A stretch of DNA of 64,000 nt from Planctomycetota bacterium. GTDB taxonomy: Bacteria > Planctomycetota > UBA1135 > GCA-002748355. Below are positions 1-9,468 of this stretch, piece by piece (the first letter of the stretch is position 1; each line of letters begins with the position of its first letter). The stretch covers positions 126,329-190,328 of the forward strand of contig JALUUL010000079.1 of NCBI GenBank assembly GCA_027021385.1, given 5' to 3'. The notes beneath the pieces are model-generated. The model was given only the letters and a program-made list of their open reading frames with translations. It did not search any database and was not told where the DNA came from. The position numbers were made by a program, and so were the translations under genes.

Positions 1-649
1 GCCCCGTTCTCCGGACGAAATAGATATGGATCCCGAACAACCCGAGAAAGGCAAGGGGCAGGATCACCACATGCAGGGCGAAGAACCGATGGAGGGTCGG
101 TTCGCCCACGTTGGTTCCGCCTCTCACGAGTTGGACGCATTGTTCCCCGATCAGGGGGATGTCACGCAGGGTTTCGGTTCCGACGGTCGAGCCCCAATAG
201 GAGAGCTGTGTCCAGGGGAGAAGGTATCCGGAGAAGGCGAGGAAGAGGGTCAGCAGGAGGAGGATCATTCCCGTGACCCAGTGGAGTTCCCTGGGGTTCT
301 TGTACTCCGCGAAAAAGAACACCCTGAGGGCATGGAGCATGACGGCTATGATCATCGTCGTCGCGCCGAAGCTGTGCAGGCCGCGGATGAACCAGCCGAA
401 GGGGACTTCCAGGGTGATGCGCTCCACGGAATGGAACGCGCCTGCGGAGGTCGGCACGTAATGGACGAGGAGCAGGATCCCCGTCAGGAGCTGGGAAAGG
501 AAGAAGAGGATCGCGAGTCCTCCCAGGCAGAATGGGAGGCCCGTGGCGCGGGCGGGAATGCCGTAACCGGTCAGGGTCCGCTTGATGAGGTCGCCCAGGC
601 CGATCCTCTCCTCGAGCCAGGAGGCGGTTTTCGGAAAGAGTCCGGACAT
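1..649 (-). CDS. Cytochrome b6-type (cytochrome b N-terminal) subunit of a Rieske/cytb complex, 3'-truncated by the window edge
   Basis: Absent from the ORF track because no stop lies in the window. Manual translation from the ATG at 649 (TGATG overlap with the Rieske stop) gives MSGLFPK...PFCLGG...GWFIRGLHSFGA...MLHALRVF...YKNPRELHWVTG...GYLLPWTQLSYWG...TLHRFFALHVVILP...GIHIYFVRRTG, with four heme-b His ligands. Confidence 0.95.
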   Translation of the reverse strand, partial: MSGLFPKTASWLEERIGLGDLIKRTLTGYGIPARATGLPFCLGGLAILFFLSQLLTGILLLVHYVPTSAGAFHSVERITLEVPFGWFIRGLHSFGATTMIIAVMLHALRVFFFAEYKNPRELHWVTGMILLLLTLFLAFSGYLLPWTQLSYWGSTVGTETLRDIPLIGEQCVQLVRGGTNVGEPTLHRFFALHVVILPLAFLGLFGIHIYFVRRTG

Positions 650-1071
650 CAGGTCTTCTCCCCGAGCTGGATCATTCCCTCCTTGACCCCGACCGGCACC
701 TTCGGGAGGGGTTTTGGGGCGGGTCCTCCCAGGACGGTTCCGTCGAGGGCGAAGGTCGCGTCATGGCACGGACATTCGATCCTTTCCGCGTCCTCGTTCC
801 ATTTCACGAGGCAGCCCAGGTGGGTGCAGACGGCCGTCAGGGCATGGAGTTCTCCTTCGCGGTCCCGGATGATCAGCGTGGGTTTCCCCTTATGGACGAC
901 CTGGACCCCCTGGCCCGGTTTCAAACGCTCGGCGGGGATCTCCACTTCCTCCTCACCGAGCCCCTCGGGGATCGGCGCCAGGTAGTTCGCGGTGATGTAA
1001 CCGCCCGAGGCCAGGGCCGCGAGCCCGCATGCCTGGACGCTGGATACGAGAATGGTTCGGCGGTCGACCAT
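649..1071 (-). CDS. Rieske [2Fe-2S] protein of a Rieske/cytb complex
   Basis: CTHLGC and CPCH boxes, GPAPKPL motif, N-terminal RR plus hydrophobic segment (Tat anchor). Confidence 0.95.
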   Translation of the reverse strand: MVDRRTILVSSVQACGLAALASGGYITANYLAPIPEGLGEEEVEIPAERLKPGQGVQVVHKGKPTLIIRDREGELHALTAVCTHLGCLVKWNEDAERIECPCHDATFALDGTVLGGPAPKPLPKVPVGVKEGMIQLGEKT

Positions 1072-1098
1072 GGTTCGTTTCGTTTTGGCCTCCGGGGA

Positions 1099-1926
1099 TC
1101 AAGTGGTTCCGATCGGCGGTCCCTTGTGGAATACCAAGAACCCGAAGAAGGTGCCTAGGACGAGGAAGCCCATGAGACTCAGGATGAAGGGTACTTCTCT
1201 CGCCTTCTGAACCCTTCTCAGGTTCTCCCGCTCTTCAAGCTTCGTGAAGGTCTTGAGGAGTTGATCGGCGTTCGTGCCGATCTCCTGGATCTTTCCGATC
1301 TGGAAAGAATGGAAGGTTGCGATGACCCCGGCCTGATCCAGGTGGAGTTCCTTCCTTTTGGCGAGGAATGCGGCCTTTGCCACTGGAAGATGTTCGAGAT
1401 CCTCGAGTTTGGACTCCATCCGCTTCTGGAGTGTGTTCGCTTTCTCCAGGGCCTTCAGGGCTTTTTGCGGTGCCTTGAAGTCATGGCACTTCGTGCAGTT
1501 CTTCTCGGTGATGATCTTTTCCGGTTCGGGCTTGGAGATTCCATGATGGCCGTGACAGGAGATGCAGTTGGGGAGGCCATGCGAACCGTGCGGACTCCCC
1601 AGGTGTTTCTCCTTGATCTCTCCGTGACACTTTCCGCAAAAGTAGGGCACATCGTGCATCCTCGGGATGCCGACGTATCCGGTTCCCGGGCTCTTGGGAT
1701 AGCGATCGCTCTCTTTGTCCCCTCCGTGACAGTCGACGCACCCGATCTTCTGCTCGAAGTGGGTCGAACCCCGCCAATCGGAGACGGCGCGTTTCAACGC
1801 ACCGGAGAGCCGGGAATGGCATTCGAGGCAAGAGTCCTTCCCCCCGGGATTCTGGGCGTGGCTGTTCCCCCCGAGGAATCCGAACGCCGCGAGGAATCCG
1901 AGTGCGAGACGGGGAATCCCCTTCAC
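1099..1926 (-). CDS. Membrane-anchored pentaheme cytochrome c (cytochrome subunit of the Rieske/cytb module)
   Basis: 5 CxxCH (CLECH, CVDCH, CGKCH, CISCH, CTKCH), signal peptide, helical stalk and C-terminal TM helix. Start reassigned to GTG 1926 (GTGA overlap with the upstream stop). Confidence 0.9.
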   Translation of the reverse strand: MKGIPRLALGFLAAFGFLGGNSHAQNPGGKDSCLECHSRLSGALKRAVSDWRGSTHFEQKIGCVDCHGGDKESDRYPKSPGTGYVGIPRMHDVPYFCGKCHGEIKEKHLGSPHGSHGLPNCISCHGHHGISKPEPEKIITEKNCTKCHDFKAPQKALKALEKANTLQKRMESKLEDLEHLPVAKAAFLAKRKELHLDQAGVIATFHSFQIGKIQEIGTNADQLLKTFTKLEERENLRRVQKAREVPFILSLMGFLVLGTFFGFLVFHKGPPIGTT

Positions 1927-2930
1927 TTGAGGGCTCCCTGAAGATCCTGGAGAGCCTTCCTGTAGGCGGCGGCGGCGGCCTTGAAGTCCTTCTTCATTTC
2001 GAAGGCCAGGCCGCGGAGAAGAGCGATCTCCGGCTTTCTTCCGTCCATCCCCTCCAGTTTCTTCAAGCACTCTTCAGGACGGCCCTCTTCGATCGCGAAT
2101 CTGGCTTCGAGGAGGTGGAGAGTCGGCGTGCCGGGGGCCAGCTCCCGGACGCGGCGGAGCCAGGGTTCCGCTTGTTTCGTCCGTTTCTGGATCAGGAGCA
2201 CCTTCGTCAGCATTGCGGCGGCCTCTACGGAATCCGTGTCTTTCGTGATCACCTTCTCGAGAGAGGAGCGGGCCTGGGTATACATCCCGGCTGCGATCAA
2301 TTGACGGACCATCCGCAGGGTCCGTGCGAGCTTGAGAGCGTTGTGATCGCTCTTGCCGGAACCACTCTTGGTCGTTGCTGCGTAGAAGGCTTTCTCATCG
2401 ATGAGCCCGGCGGCGAGTTTCGCGGCGGCCGTGACCTTCAAGGGGAGGAGAGGTCCGAAACCCTTGTCGATATGGACGATCTTCCGGTTCTTGTCGATGA
2501 CATAGACCGTCGGGAAAGCGACGACCCTGTATCGCGCGAAGTTCTTCCGCTCCGGGTCCACCGTGATGGAGAACGAGAGCCCCGACTGTTCGAGTACCCG
2601 GGTGAGAGTTCCGAGGTCCCTTTTTCCGGAAGTGATCAGGAGAATCGCAGCTTTCCCTCCAAGCTCCTTCTCGGTCGAGAGGTCCTTGATGATCGCTCTG
2701 AGACCGCGTTCCGAATACATGATGTGCTCGGAGTGGAAGATCAGGATGACGGCCATGTTCTCCCACTGATCCCAGGACAGGGATTTGCCGTTGGCGTCCT
2801 TCGCGGTGAAGGGCGGGGCGATCTGCCCTTTCTCGAGGGATTGGCCGGGACAGGGGGCGACCGCCGGTCCTACCAGGATCGTGATCGTGAAAAGGAAGGT
2901 CCGAAGATGCTCGATCTTGAGGGTGCCCAT
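1923..2930 (-). CDS. Secreted redoxin (AhpC/TlpA-like fold) lacking CxxC, fused to TPR repeats
   Basis: GQIAPPFTAKDANG...VILIF...YRVVAFPTVYVIDKNRKI matches the redoxin fold. The active-site position reads HSEHIMYS. TPR-like helices at the C-terminus. Confidence 0.8.
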   Translation of the reverse strand: MGTLKIEHLRTFLFTITILVGPAVAPCPGQSLEKGQIAPPFTAKDANGKSLSWDQWENMAVILIFHSEHIMYSERGLRAIIKDLSTEKELGGKAAILLITSGKRDLGTLTRVLEQSGLSFSITVDPERKNFARYRVVAFPTVYVIDKNRKIVHIDKGFGPLLPLKVTAAAKLAAGLIDEKAFYAATTKSGSGKSDHNALKLARTLRMVRQLIAAGMYTQARSSLEKVITKDTDSVEAAAMLTKVLLIQKRTKQAEPWLRRVRELAPGTPTLHLLEARFAIEEGRPEECLKKLEGMDGRKPEIALLRGLAFEMKKDFKAAAAAYRKALQDLQGALK

Positions 2931-2956
2931 CGCTCGATCCTCTTATTCGGAACTGG

Positions 2957-4411
2957 CTACTTCTCTTTCCCTTTCCGGGAAGGATTGTTCTCTACGGCCT
3001 GAAGGTAGTTGTAGCTCTTTGGCGTGTGGCAGCCGGGGGCGCAGCTTCCCCCGGTCGGAAGCTTCTTGAAATTGATCGGGATCTCCCATCCCCCGAAGGG
3101 AACGCTTTTGGCGATGTGCTTCGGGAGATCGCTGGCGTGGGTGTTATGGCAGGCCCTGCAGGTCCGTCCCTTCGTCTTCTTGTTGACGTGGACGAAGTGG
3201 AGGTTACGGGTGCCGTTCCGGAAGTTCGTCAGGGTCTCGGTCCTGGGTTTGAGGAAGACCTGGGAGTCGTGGCAACTGAAGCAGAGGTTGTAGGTCTTCA
3301 TGTCGAAGGGGGCATAGAATTTCTGAGGGTATTCCTTACGGAGGATCCTGAAATTCTTGGATCCGTGGGGGTTGTGGCAGCTCGAGCAATCTCCCTCGCG
3401 GATCGGCCCATGCAGGAACTTGGATTCGCGGATCTTCTGTCCGATCGCGGCCACGACGGTCTTGTCGGGACGGACCGTCGGCTGGTCATGGCAGCTCAGA
3501 CAAAGGTCGATGACGGGTTTGTCCAGGAGCTTGGGGAATTTCGAGGCGTGGGTGTTGTGGCAGTTCTTGCATCCCTCGTTCGTCGTCAGCGCCTCGTGGA
3601 AGACCGTGGCCCCTTCGATCTCCTCTCTCTTCTCCTTGTGACAATCCAGGCAGAGAGCCTGCCTCTCGTTCTTCAGCTGGAAGGGGTGGTCGCTTGCGTG
3701 GGGGTCATGACATTTCGAACAGTCCTCGCTGACGGGGCGGTGCCAGTATTTTGCCCCTTTCAACTGCTGTTCCATGTCCGTGTGGCAGGAGAGACAGTTC
3801 GCGGAGCCTTTCTTGTTCAGAAGCTTCGGATACCAGGAAGTGTGGGGGTCGTGGCAGAGGGTGCAGGCCCCGGCGGCCACCGGGCCGTGGACGAATTTCT
3901 TCCCCATCCCCTTTCCCTGTTCATGGCACTGAGCGCAGAGCTCCCTCGTCGTCTTCGTTTTCAGAAGGGCTTCGTTTTCCGAATGGTGCGGGTTGTGGCA
4001 GGCAGTGCACATTCCATCCCGAATGGGCTTGTGCACGGTGTCATGGAGTTCCATTTCATGACAGGTCGTGCAGAGCTTCATCGGGTTCTCGATGTTCCGG
4101 AAATCGTGCTTGGTTTCTTCGACTTGCTTGTGGCAGATCCGGCATTTCCCGACCGCAACGGGTCCATGAACGTAGGTCCCTTTGGCCATTCCGGGGTGGC
4201 ATTCCGTCGTCGAGCAACTCTGTCCTTTCTTCAGGGTGGTGGGAGCACGTCCTTGAGTCCCCTGGGGAAGGAGAGGCAGGAGGTGATCCGAAAACCCGAA
4301 GGCCGGGATTCCGCTTTCGACGGCGGGGGAATCCATAGCTCCGAAGGGAAGGGACAGGAAAGGAAGGAGCGCCAACCCGAGGAAAGAGGATTTCCGCGGC
4401 ATCGCCTTCAT
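2957..4411 (-). CDS. Periplasmic ~15-heme cytochrome c (paired-CXXCH repeat type)
   Basis: 13 CxxCH plus CSTTECH and CAPGCH; repeated HGPV..G.C..CH.PH units; signal peptide; GAGGT RBS before ATG 4411. Confidence 0.93.
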   Translation of the reverse strand: MKAMPRKSSFLGLALLPFLSLPFGAMDSPAVESGIPAFGFSDHLLPLLPQGTQGRAPTTLKKGQSCSTTECHPGMAKGTYVHGPVAVGKCRICHKQVEETKHDFRNIENPMKLCTTCHEMELHDTVHKPIRDGMCTACHNPHHSENEALLKTKTTRELCAQCHEQGKGMGKKFVHGPVAAGACTLCHDPHTSWYPKLLNKKGSANCLSCHTDMEQQLKGAKYWHRPVSEDCSKCHDPHASDHPFQLKNERQALCLDCHKEKREEIEGATVFHEALTTNEGCKNCHNTHASKFPKLLDKPVIDLCLSCHDQPTVRPDKTVVAAIGQKIRESKFLHGPIREGDCSSCHNPHGSKNFRILRKEYPQKFYAPFDMKTYNLCFSCHDSQVFLKPRTETLTNFRNGTRNLHFVHVNKKTKGRTCRACHNTHASDLPKHIAKSVPFGGWEIPINFKKLPTGGSCAPGCHTPKSYNYLQAVENNPSRKGKEK

Positions 4412-4760
4412 GTGTACCTCACGGTGAAAGAGGGTCCTTCGGCCTGCTCGAAAGGGTCGTCCTGCATTCCGGGGCTCGGTGCCGGTAGGCAGATTCCCAC
4501 GATCCGGACCGAGGATCTTCAAGGGGAGGAGGCCGAGGTTCAAGAGCGTCCTCCATCCTGCGACGATCCGCCCATCGGCGGGCCTTCACCCTGCGGTCAC
4601 GCGCTCTTCGGGGAGCCATGAGCCGCGCGGAGGGCGGTTCGAACCCCCTGCGCCTGAGGGCCGACCTTCCGCCTGTGCTTCTTTCTCACAGGTTCCGGAA
4701 CGTCAAGAGACTCCGTCTCCCCGGGATTCCGGTCGAGACGGAGAGAAGCGAAGGATGGAT

Positions 4761-6485
4761 TCAATAGCCCTTTCTATGGTGGTCCTTGCCGTGGCAGAGG
4801 AGGGAGCAGCTTCCTCTCCCCATCCCCATGTCGACGAACTCAAGTTTCCCGTTCATCCTGGAGGGAGTGACGATACTGCTCCGAAAGTTGATCAGATGCG
4901 CGTTGTTCGTGCTGTTTCCCTGGTTCGCGGAGATTCCGTGTGCGTCATGGCAGGTCGCGCAGGGCGCCTTCTCTCCCTGGATGTGTTTTCGGTGCTTCCT
5001 GAAGGACTGGTCCCCCAGAATGGAGGTGCGACTGTGGCATTTGTAGCAGAGGGCGTATTGGGTCGCGGATTCGGTGATGTTGTCCTGCGTGTTATAGTTC
5101 AGGGCCAGGAGGGGGCGGTAATTGGACCCATGAGGTCCCCGAGGTCCGTTCCCTCCGAAATCTGGAGAGCTGTCGCTTTGATGGCAGTCGGTACAGGCCA
5201 TCTTGCTCGAAGTCGTCCAGGGGGGCAGGAGGCTCGGAACGTAGGAGTTCTTTCCCGCGGCCTCGATCGGATGATAGGAGGGGTTCGCCGGGTTGAATTC
5301 GAGGCGGACGTTTGTTTGTTGGATGATCCTCGAAACGTAGGCGGTCCCTCCATTCTTGTCTGCGTGACACTTGTAACAGAGCTGATAGCCGTAGGTGATC
5401 CGCTCGACCTTCTGCCCGGCGTTGTCGAGACCCGAGACTCCGAAGAGGGGGCCGGGCACTCCGGGAGGGGCGGCCGTTCCGGCCTTTGCCGTATGGGGGT
5501 TGTGGCAGTCTTGGCATTCCGCGTGCCTGGACATCGTCAGCGGATCCTCGGTCGGATCGTGGATTCCCTGCCAGCTTGAAGGGTTGTGTGCGGAGACCTT
5601 GGCGAGATCGGTGGTGATGTCCTTGGATGCGACGTTTCCGTTGTGGCATCTCAGGCAGTTCTCCTCCTCGGTGGAGAAGTTGAGGAGTCTGTGAGGTTGT
5701 CCGGCGCTGTGCGGGACATGACAGTTCGCGCAGGCGTTCTCCTGAACGGTCGTATAGGTGGTGTTGGGCCAGGGATCGGGCCCGGTCTGATTCCAGGTGG
5801 CCGAGGAGTTCGCATGCGAAGCGGTGTTCCAGTCTCTCGGGTTGTGGCAGGAGAGGCAGAGAGAACCGTTCTTGTCCGTCGTCTTGAGGAATTTCCCCAG
5901 GGAGTCGTTATGGGCGTCGTGGCATGACGTGCACTGGACGAAGCCGTTGTGGTCGAGACTCACGGGAGGCTTGATGGCCGACCCGATGAAGAAGTCGACC
6001 CCCGTTCCTCCCTTCGAAGTCGAGTAGTCGAAGGAGACGGGGTGATCATCTTGGAGATTGGTCCCAATATTGGCCTTTCCCGAGTTGAGGAACCTGGACC
6101 CGGACATCGTGATTTCAGAAGTGAGGCTCACGACTTTCCCGAGCGCGATCGTTCCATCGTGGCAGGATAGGCAGAGTTTCGTCGATCCGTTGGGCTGGCC
6201 GACGTTCCCCTTCAGGGTCGAGGAAGTATAGGGCAGGTAGGTCTGGGTGCTGTCGTCCCGATTCCATAAGGGGAATTGGGTCCGGGCCCGGTGAGGAGCA
6301 TGGCAGAAGATGCAGATTCTCTCCTCGGAGAGGGCCTTGTAGGTGCCCGGCCCGGAAACGGAGAGGTTGTGCTTCGTGTTCTTGATCGAGGTTCCGCCGC
6401 CTTGCGTGAGCGGAAGGGGGAGGGCCCCGAAGAGCAGTGTCGCCGGGCCGAGGACGACCAAGACTTTGCTGAAAACGGGAATCAT
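4761..6485 (-). CDS. ~12-heme cytochrome c with an N-terminal OmcE-like tetraheme domain
   Basis: 11 CxxCH plus CSLLCH. The N-terminal IKNTKHNLS..ICIFCHAPH..LWNR..Y.SST..KLCLSCHDG..DDHPV..QCTSCHDAH..LCLSCH follows the OmcE motif order. Confidence 0.9.
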   Translation of the reverse strand: MIPVFSKVLVVLGPATLLFGALPLPLTQGGGTSIKNTKHNLSVSGPGTYKALSEERICIFCHAPHRARTQFPLWNRDDSTQTYLPYTSSTLKGNVGQPNGSTKLCLSCHDGTIALGKVVSLTSEITMSGSRFLNSGKANIGTNLQDDHPVSFDYSTSKGGTGVDFFIGSAIKPPVSLDHNGFVQCTSCHDAHNDSLGKFLKTTDKNGSLCLSCHNPRDWNTASHANSSATWNQTGPDPWPNTTYTTVQENACANCHVPHSAGQPHRLLNFSTEEENCLRCHNGNVASKDITTDLAKVSAHNPSSWQGIHDPTEDPLTMSRHAECQDCHNPHTAKAGTAAPPGVPGPLFGVSGLDNAGQKVERITYGYQLCYKCHADKNGGTAYVSRIIQQTNVRLEFNPANPSYHPIEAAGKNSYVPSLLPPWTTSSKMACTDCHQSDSSPDFGGNGPRGPHGSNYRPLLALNYNTQDNITESATQYALCYKCHSRTSILGDQSFRKHRKHIQGEKAPCATCHDAHGISANQGNSTNNAHLINFRSSIVTPSRMNGKLEFVDMGMGRGSCSLLCHGKDHHRKGY

Positions 6486-7519
6486 GGCTCCCTCGGATGG
6501 AATTTGAGGATCTGGACCCTGGCGTTCCCACTATCGGCAACGAAGATCCTGTCCTTTGGATCGATGTAAAGCCCCGTCGGAAGGTAGAAATTCCCTAGTC
6601 CGGAACCCTTGGAGCCGACGGCAAGAAGGAGCCGGCCCTTCGGATCGAAGATCTGTATGTTGTCGAACATTCCATCTGCGACGTAGATGTGCCCTTGCGA
6701 ATCCACCGCAATTCCTTTCGGGCTGGCGAAGGTTCCCGGGCCCCGTCCGACGACCCCGAAACTCGTCAGGGGTTCGAAGGCGGGGGAGAGGATTTGGATC
6801 CGGAAGTTCATGCTGTCCGTGATATAGATCCGACTCTCGCGGTCGATACAGAGGTTCGTCGGGAAGTTGAACTCCCCGGGTTTCGCTCCTCTCCGGCCGT
6901 GCACCCCCAAGCGTTTCCCTGTGGGGTCGAAGCTCAGGATCCGTCCCCCCGTCGTGTCCAGGACCAGGAGTCTCCCCTCGTTCCGATCCCAGGCGATTCC
7001 GGTGGGTCTCCCCAACTCGTTCGGACTTCCGAACTTCCTGTGGTAGTTCCCCTCCCGGTCGAAGACGAAGATGCGTCCCAAGGTCGAATCGGAAAGGAAG
7101 ACGAGACCGCCCGGTCCGAGGGCGACCCCGATCGGGGTTTTCAGCTTGGTCCGTCCCGCATTCCGGAAGAAGAGGTGTTCGCCCGATTCGAGGTCGAGGC
7201 GATGAAGACCTCCGGCCCCGGGGTCCGCGATCCACAAGCGGTCCTTCTCGTCCACGGCGAGACCATAGGGGCTGACCAGTTGGAGTTCGTCGTGCCCGAG
7301 GAAGAAGCCGAAGATGGAGCTCCAGAACCCACGGCTACGCTCGACATCCCGCGTGGAATGATAGGCCATAAGGACTTCGACCCGGGGGTTCTCCGAGATC
7401 GGAGGCCAACTGATCCGCTCCTTCGGGACGCGGAGGAAACGTGCGGGGCCGGCGGCGCAGGAGGCGAAGGAGAGGAGGGCGAGGCAGAGGAGTCGCGGGG
7501 GACGGGGTCGAGAATCCAT
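6482..7519 (-). CDS. NHL-repeat six-bladed beta-propeller lipoprotein
   Basis: Lipobox-like FASC; repeated P.GIAVD..G.IYVAD..N.RIQIF blades; GGAGG RBS before ATG 7519. Confidence 0.9.
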   Translation of the reverse strand: MDSRPRPPRLLCLALLSFASCAAGPARFLRVPKERISWPPISENPRVEVLMAYHSTRDVERSRGFWSSIFGFFLGHDELQLVSPYGLAVDEKDRLWIADPGAGGLHRLDLESGEHLFFRNAGRTKLKTPIGVALGPGGLVFLSDSTLGRIFVFDREGNYHRKFGSPNELGRPTGIAWDRNEGRLLVLDTTGGRILSFDPTGKRLGVHGRRGAKPGEFNFPTNLCIDRESRIYITDSMNFRIQILSPAFEPLTSFGVVGRGPGTFASPKGIAVDSQGHIYVADGMFDNIQIFDPKGRLLLAVGSKGSGLGNFYLPTGLYIDPKDRIFVADSGNARVQILKFHPREP

Positions 7520-7521
7520 GC

Positions 7522-9468
7522 TCAAAACCTCCTGGCCACGGAAAGCATCGCATACAGGATCCGCTGATCGGTCGCGACGTCGAAAACCTCGTCGGAATAC
7601 CGGACTTGGAACTTCACCTCCGTAGCGCGGAATCTCTGGATCAAGTTGGACTCGAAGAGGAATCCTTTCCCTTTGTCAGTCCGATACTTGATCTTCCGCC
7701 ATTCGGCTCGGGTGTCGATCCTCGAGTTCTCGGAGAGAACCGCCAGAAGCTGGGCCTGGAGGGTCGTTCCGCGTTCCTTTCCCGTCTGGTCCTTGAATCT
7801 GGATTCGTAGGTCGTGGCGCTCGATCGGCCCTCCAGCCATTGGAGGATCCTCGTCGAGGTCGATGCGCCGAACTCCCACCTCTCGAAGGGGGTGAACTTG
7901 CTGTCGAGGTTCTCATACAGCCCGCGGACCTGATTGGGACCGGAATGGAGAGCCAGGCTGGCCTTCAACCTCGAGGAGTCGTCGAGAGTCCCCGAATCGA
8001 ATCCTCCGAGAAGGGATTGATTCGTTTCGGACCAGGCGAGTTCGATGTCGGCGAACTCCAGGATATCGAATCCGAACGTCAGGGATTGTCCGACGCTCTT
8101 GAAACGCTGCTCCGGCCGGGGAAGAAAGAGGTAATCGACGAGGATCACCTGATTCGGGAGGATTCTGCTCCCCGCTGGAATCTCGATCCTGACCCTGCCC
8201 GCCGAGACCGAGATCAGGTAATCCGTTCCGTTCTGGTAGACCGTGAGTCCGGTCGCATCGGTGATGACGATGCTGGAGAGATCCACGCTGAAGTTGTTCA
8301 GGAGAAGGGGGATGCCCGGAATATAGGTATGGCTTTCATCCAGGACGCTGACAGGCTTGTCATCACTCTGCTCGTTCTGCCAGTAGGTGTCCTGGTGGTA
8401 GTTGATGCGGAGGTTACCGAAGAAGGTCTTCTTCCGGTAATCGATATCTCCTACGTAACCCGCGCGGTTGATCGCCGCATCTCCCTGGTCCGTCCTCTGT
8501 CCCTGGAATCCGGCGCGCACGTCCAGGCTCGAAAAGAGTTCGTAGGTGAGGGTGGATGTATGCCTCCAGGTCTCATTCAGACTCGTATCGGCGTTGCGGA
8601 CCCGGAAGTGATCGAAGATGAGGTCGTGGTCGGAGGAGAGGTTCTCTCTCCATTGGAAGTGGAGACTCGCGTTTCCGATCAGGGACTCGTTGTCGTAATC
8701 GCCGTTTTGTTCCCGGTAGCGGATGGAGTTCGAGAAGGTGTCCTGGTCCTTGTTCCCGAAGTTCCACCCATGAGAAAAGAAGGCATCGAGGTCCGTGAAC
8801 TGGCTGTCGAAACTGCTGATCGTGATGTCGTTGTACTTGATCGAATACTGGAGCCTGCGTGTCTTGTCGAATCGACGTCCCTCGAACTCGAAGTTGTCCC
8901 TCGTCTCGTCGTTGTCGTCCAGCCCGCGACCTTTGTAGGTGTAATGATGGTAATGGAGCCTCGAGGGGATCCACCATTTCTTCGCGAGGAGGTCCATTCC
9001 CGTTTCGGTGACCGTGGCCTCGGTCGTTTCGAAGAAGGTCTGTCTGGTCCTCGTTTCCTGCCTGTTGGAATAGATGTGTGCGGAATAGGGATGCTGCCAG
9101 AGGATCCGGGCGTGGAAATCGTATCCAAGGTTCGTGCTGTTGATCGAACGGTTCCGGACTCCGGCCCCTCCGATCCATTGCTGTTCGAGCCCTAGCGACG
9201 TCGCGAGTTCGTATTCCAGGAGCCTGGGGTGGTAGATATCGCCGGCGAAGCGCAGGTGGAGGTCCTCTCGCAGGGTCTTCTCCTTCTCGATCAAAGTCGA
9301 ATAGTCGGTGACCCTCCGCTCGTCCCGATACTCCCCGCGGAGCTGGAAGTCTCCGCCGAACTCCGTCAGATGGAACCATGTCCGCCGCTGGGCGTTCACC
9401 GAGGACGCGGCGGCCAGGAGAACCGGCAAGACCGTGAGGCAGGCTCTCGTTCCCGCCCGGTTCTTCAT
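7522..9468 (-). CDS. Outer-membrane beta-barrel (porin of a porin-cytochrome conduit, ExtB/OmbB-like role)
   Basis: Signal peptide, many amphipathic aromatic-rich beta-strands, C-terminal ...YAMLSVARRF (terminal Phe); ATGA overlap with the upstream cytochrome gene. Confidence 0.8.
   Translation of the reverse strand: MKNRAGTRACLTVLPVLLAAASSVNAQRRTWFHLTEFGGDFQLRGEYRDERRVTDYSTLIEKEKTLREDLHLRFAGDIYHPRLLEYELATSLGLEQQWIGGAGVRNRSINSTNLGYDFHARILWQHPYSAHIYSNRQETRTRQTFFETTEATVTETGMDLLAKKWWIPSRLHYHHYTYKGRGLDDNDETRDNFEFEGRRFDKTRRLQYSIKYNDITISSFDSQFTDLDAFFSHGWNFGNKDQDTFSNSIRYREQNGDYDNESLIGNASLHFQWRENLSSDHDLIFDHFRVRNADTSLNETWRHTSTLTYELFSSLDVRAGFQGQRTDQGDAAINRAGYVGDIDYRKKTFFGNLRINYHQDTYWQNEQSDDKPVSVLDESHTYIPGIPLLLNNFSVDLSSIVITDATGLTVYQNGTDYLISVSAGRVRIEIPAGSRILPNQVILVDYLFLPRPEQRFKSVGQSLTFGFDILEFADIELAWSETNQSLLGGFDSGTLDDSSRLKASLALHSGPNQVRGLYENLDSKFTPFERWEFGASTSTRILQWLEGRSSATTYESRFKDQTGKERGTTLQAQLLAVLSENSRIDTRAEWRKIKYRTDKGKGFLFESNLIQRFRATEVKFQVRYSDEVFDVATDQRILYAMLSVARRF

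Noticed and set aside
26-985. 319-aa plus-strand ORF
   Set aside because: It is the antisense shadow of the real minus-strand cytochrome b and Rieske genes.
4412-4760. 350-bp gap inside the leftward operon as an internal sigma54 promoter or riboswitch
   Set aside because: I found no GG-N10-GC element with a TTGC box and no recognisable riboswitch, only imperfect GC-rich hairpins.
3026-9195. Long plus-strand ORFs (3026-4621, 4479-5579, 7441-9195) and similar long antisense ORFs across the window
   Set aside because: They are high-GC shadow frames opposite well-supported genes and carry no recognisable motifs.
2957-9468. Calling the barrel and 15-heme protein MtrB/MtrA, or assigning ext/omc gene symbols
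   Set aside because: Heme counts and motifs do not fit decaheme MtrA, and orthology cannot be established without searches, so symbols were left blank.
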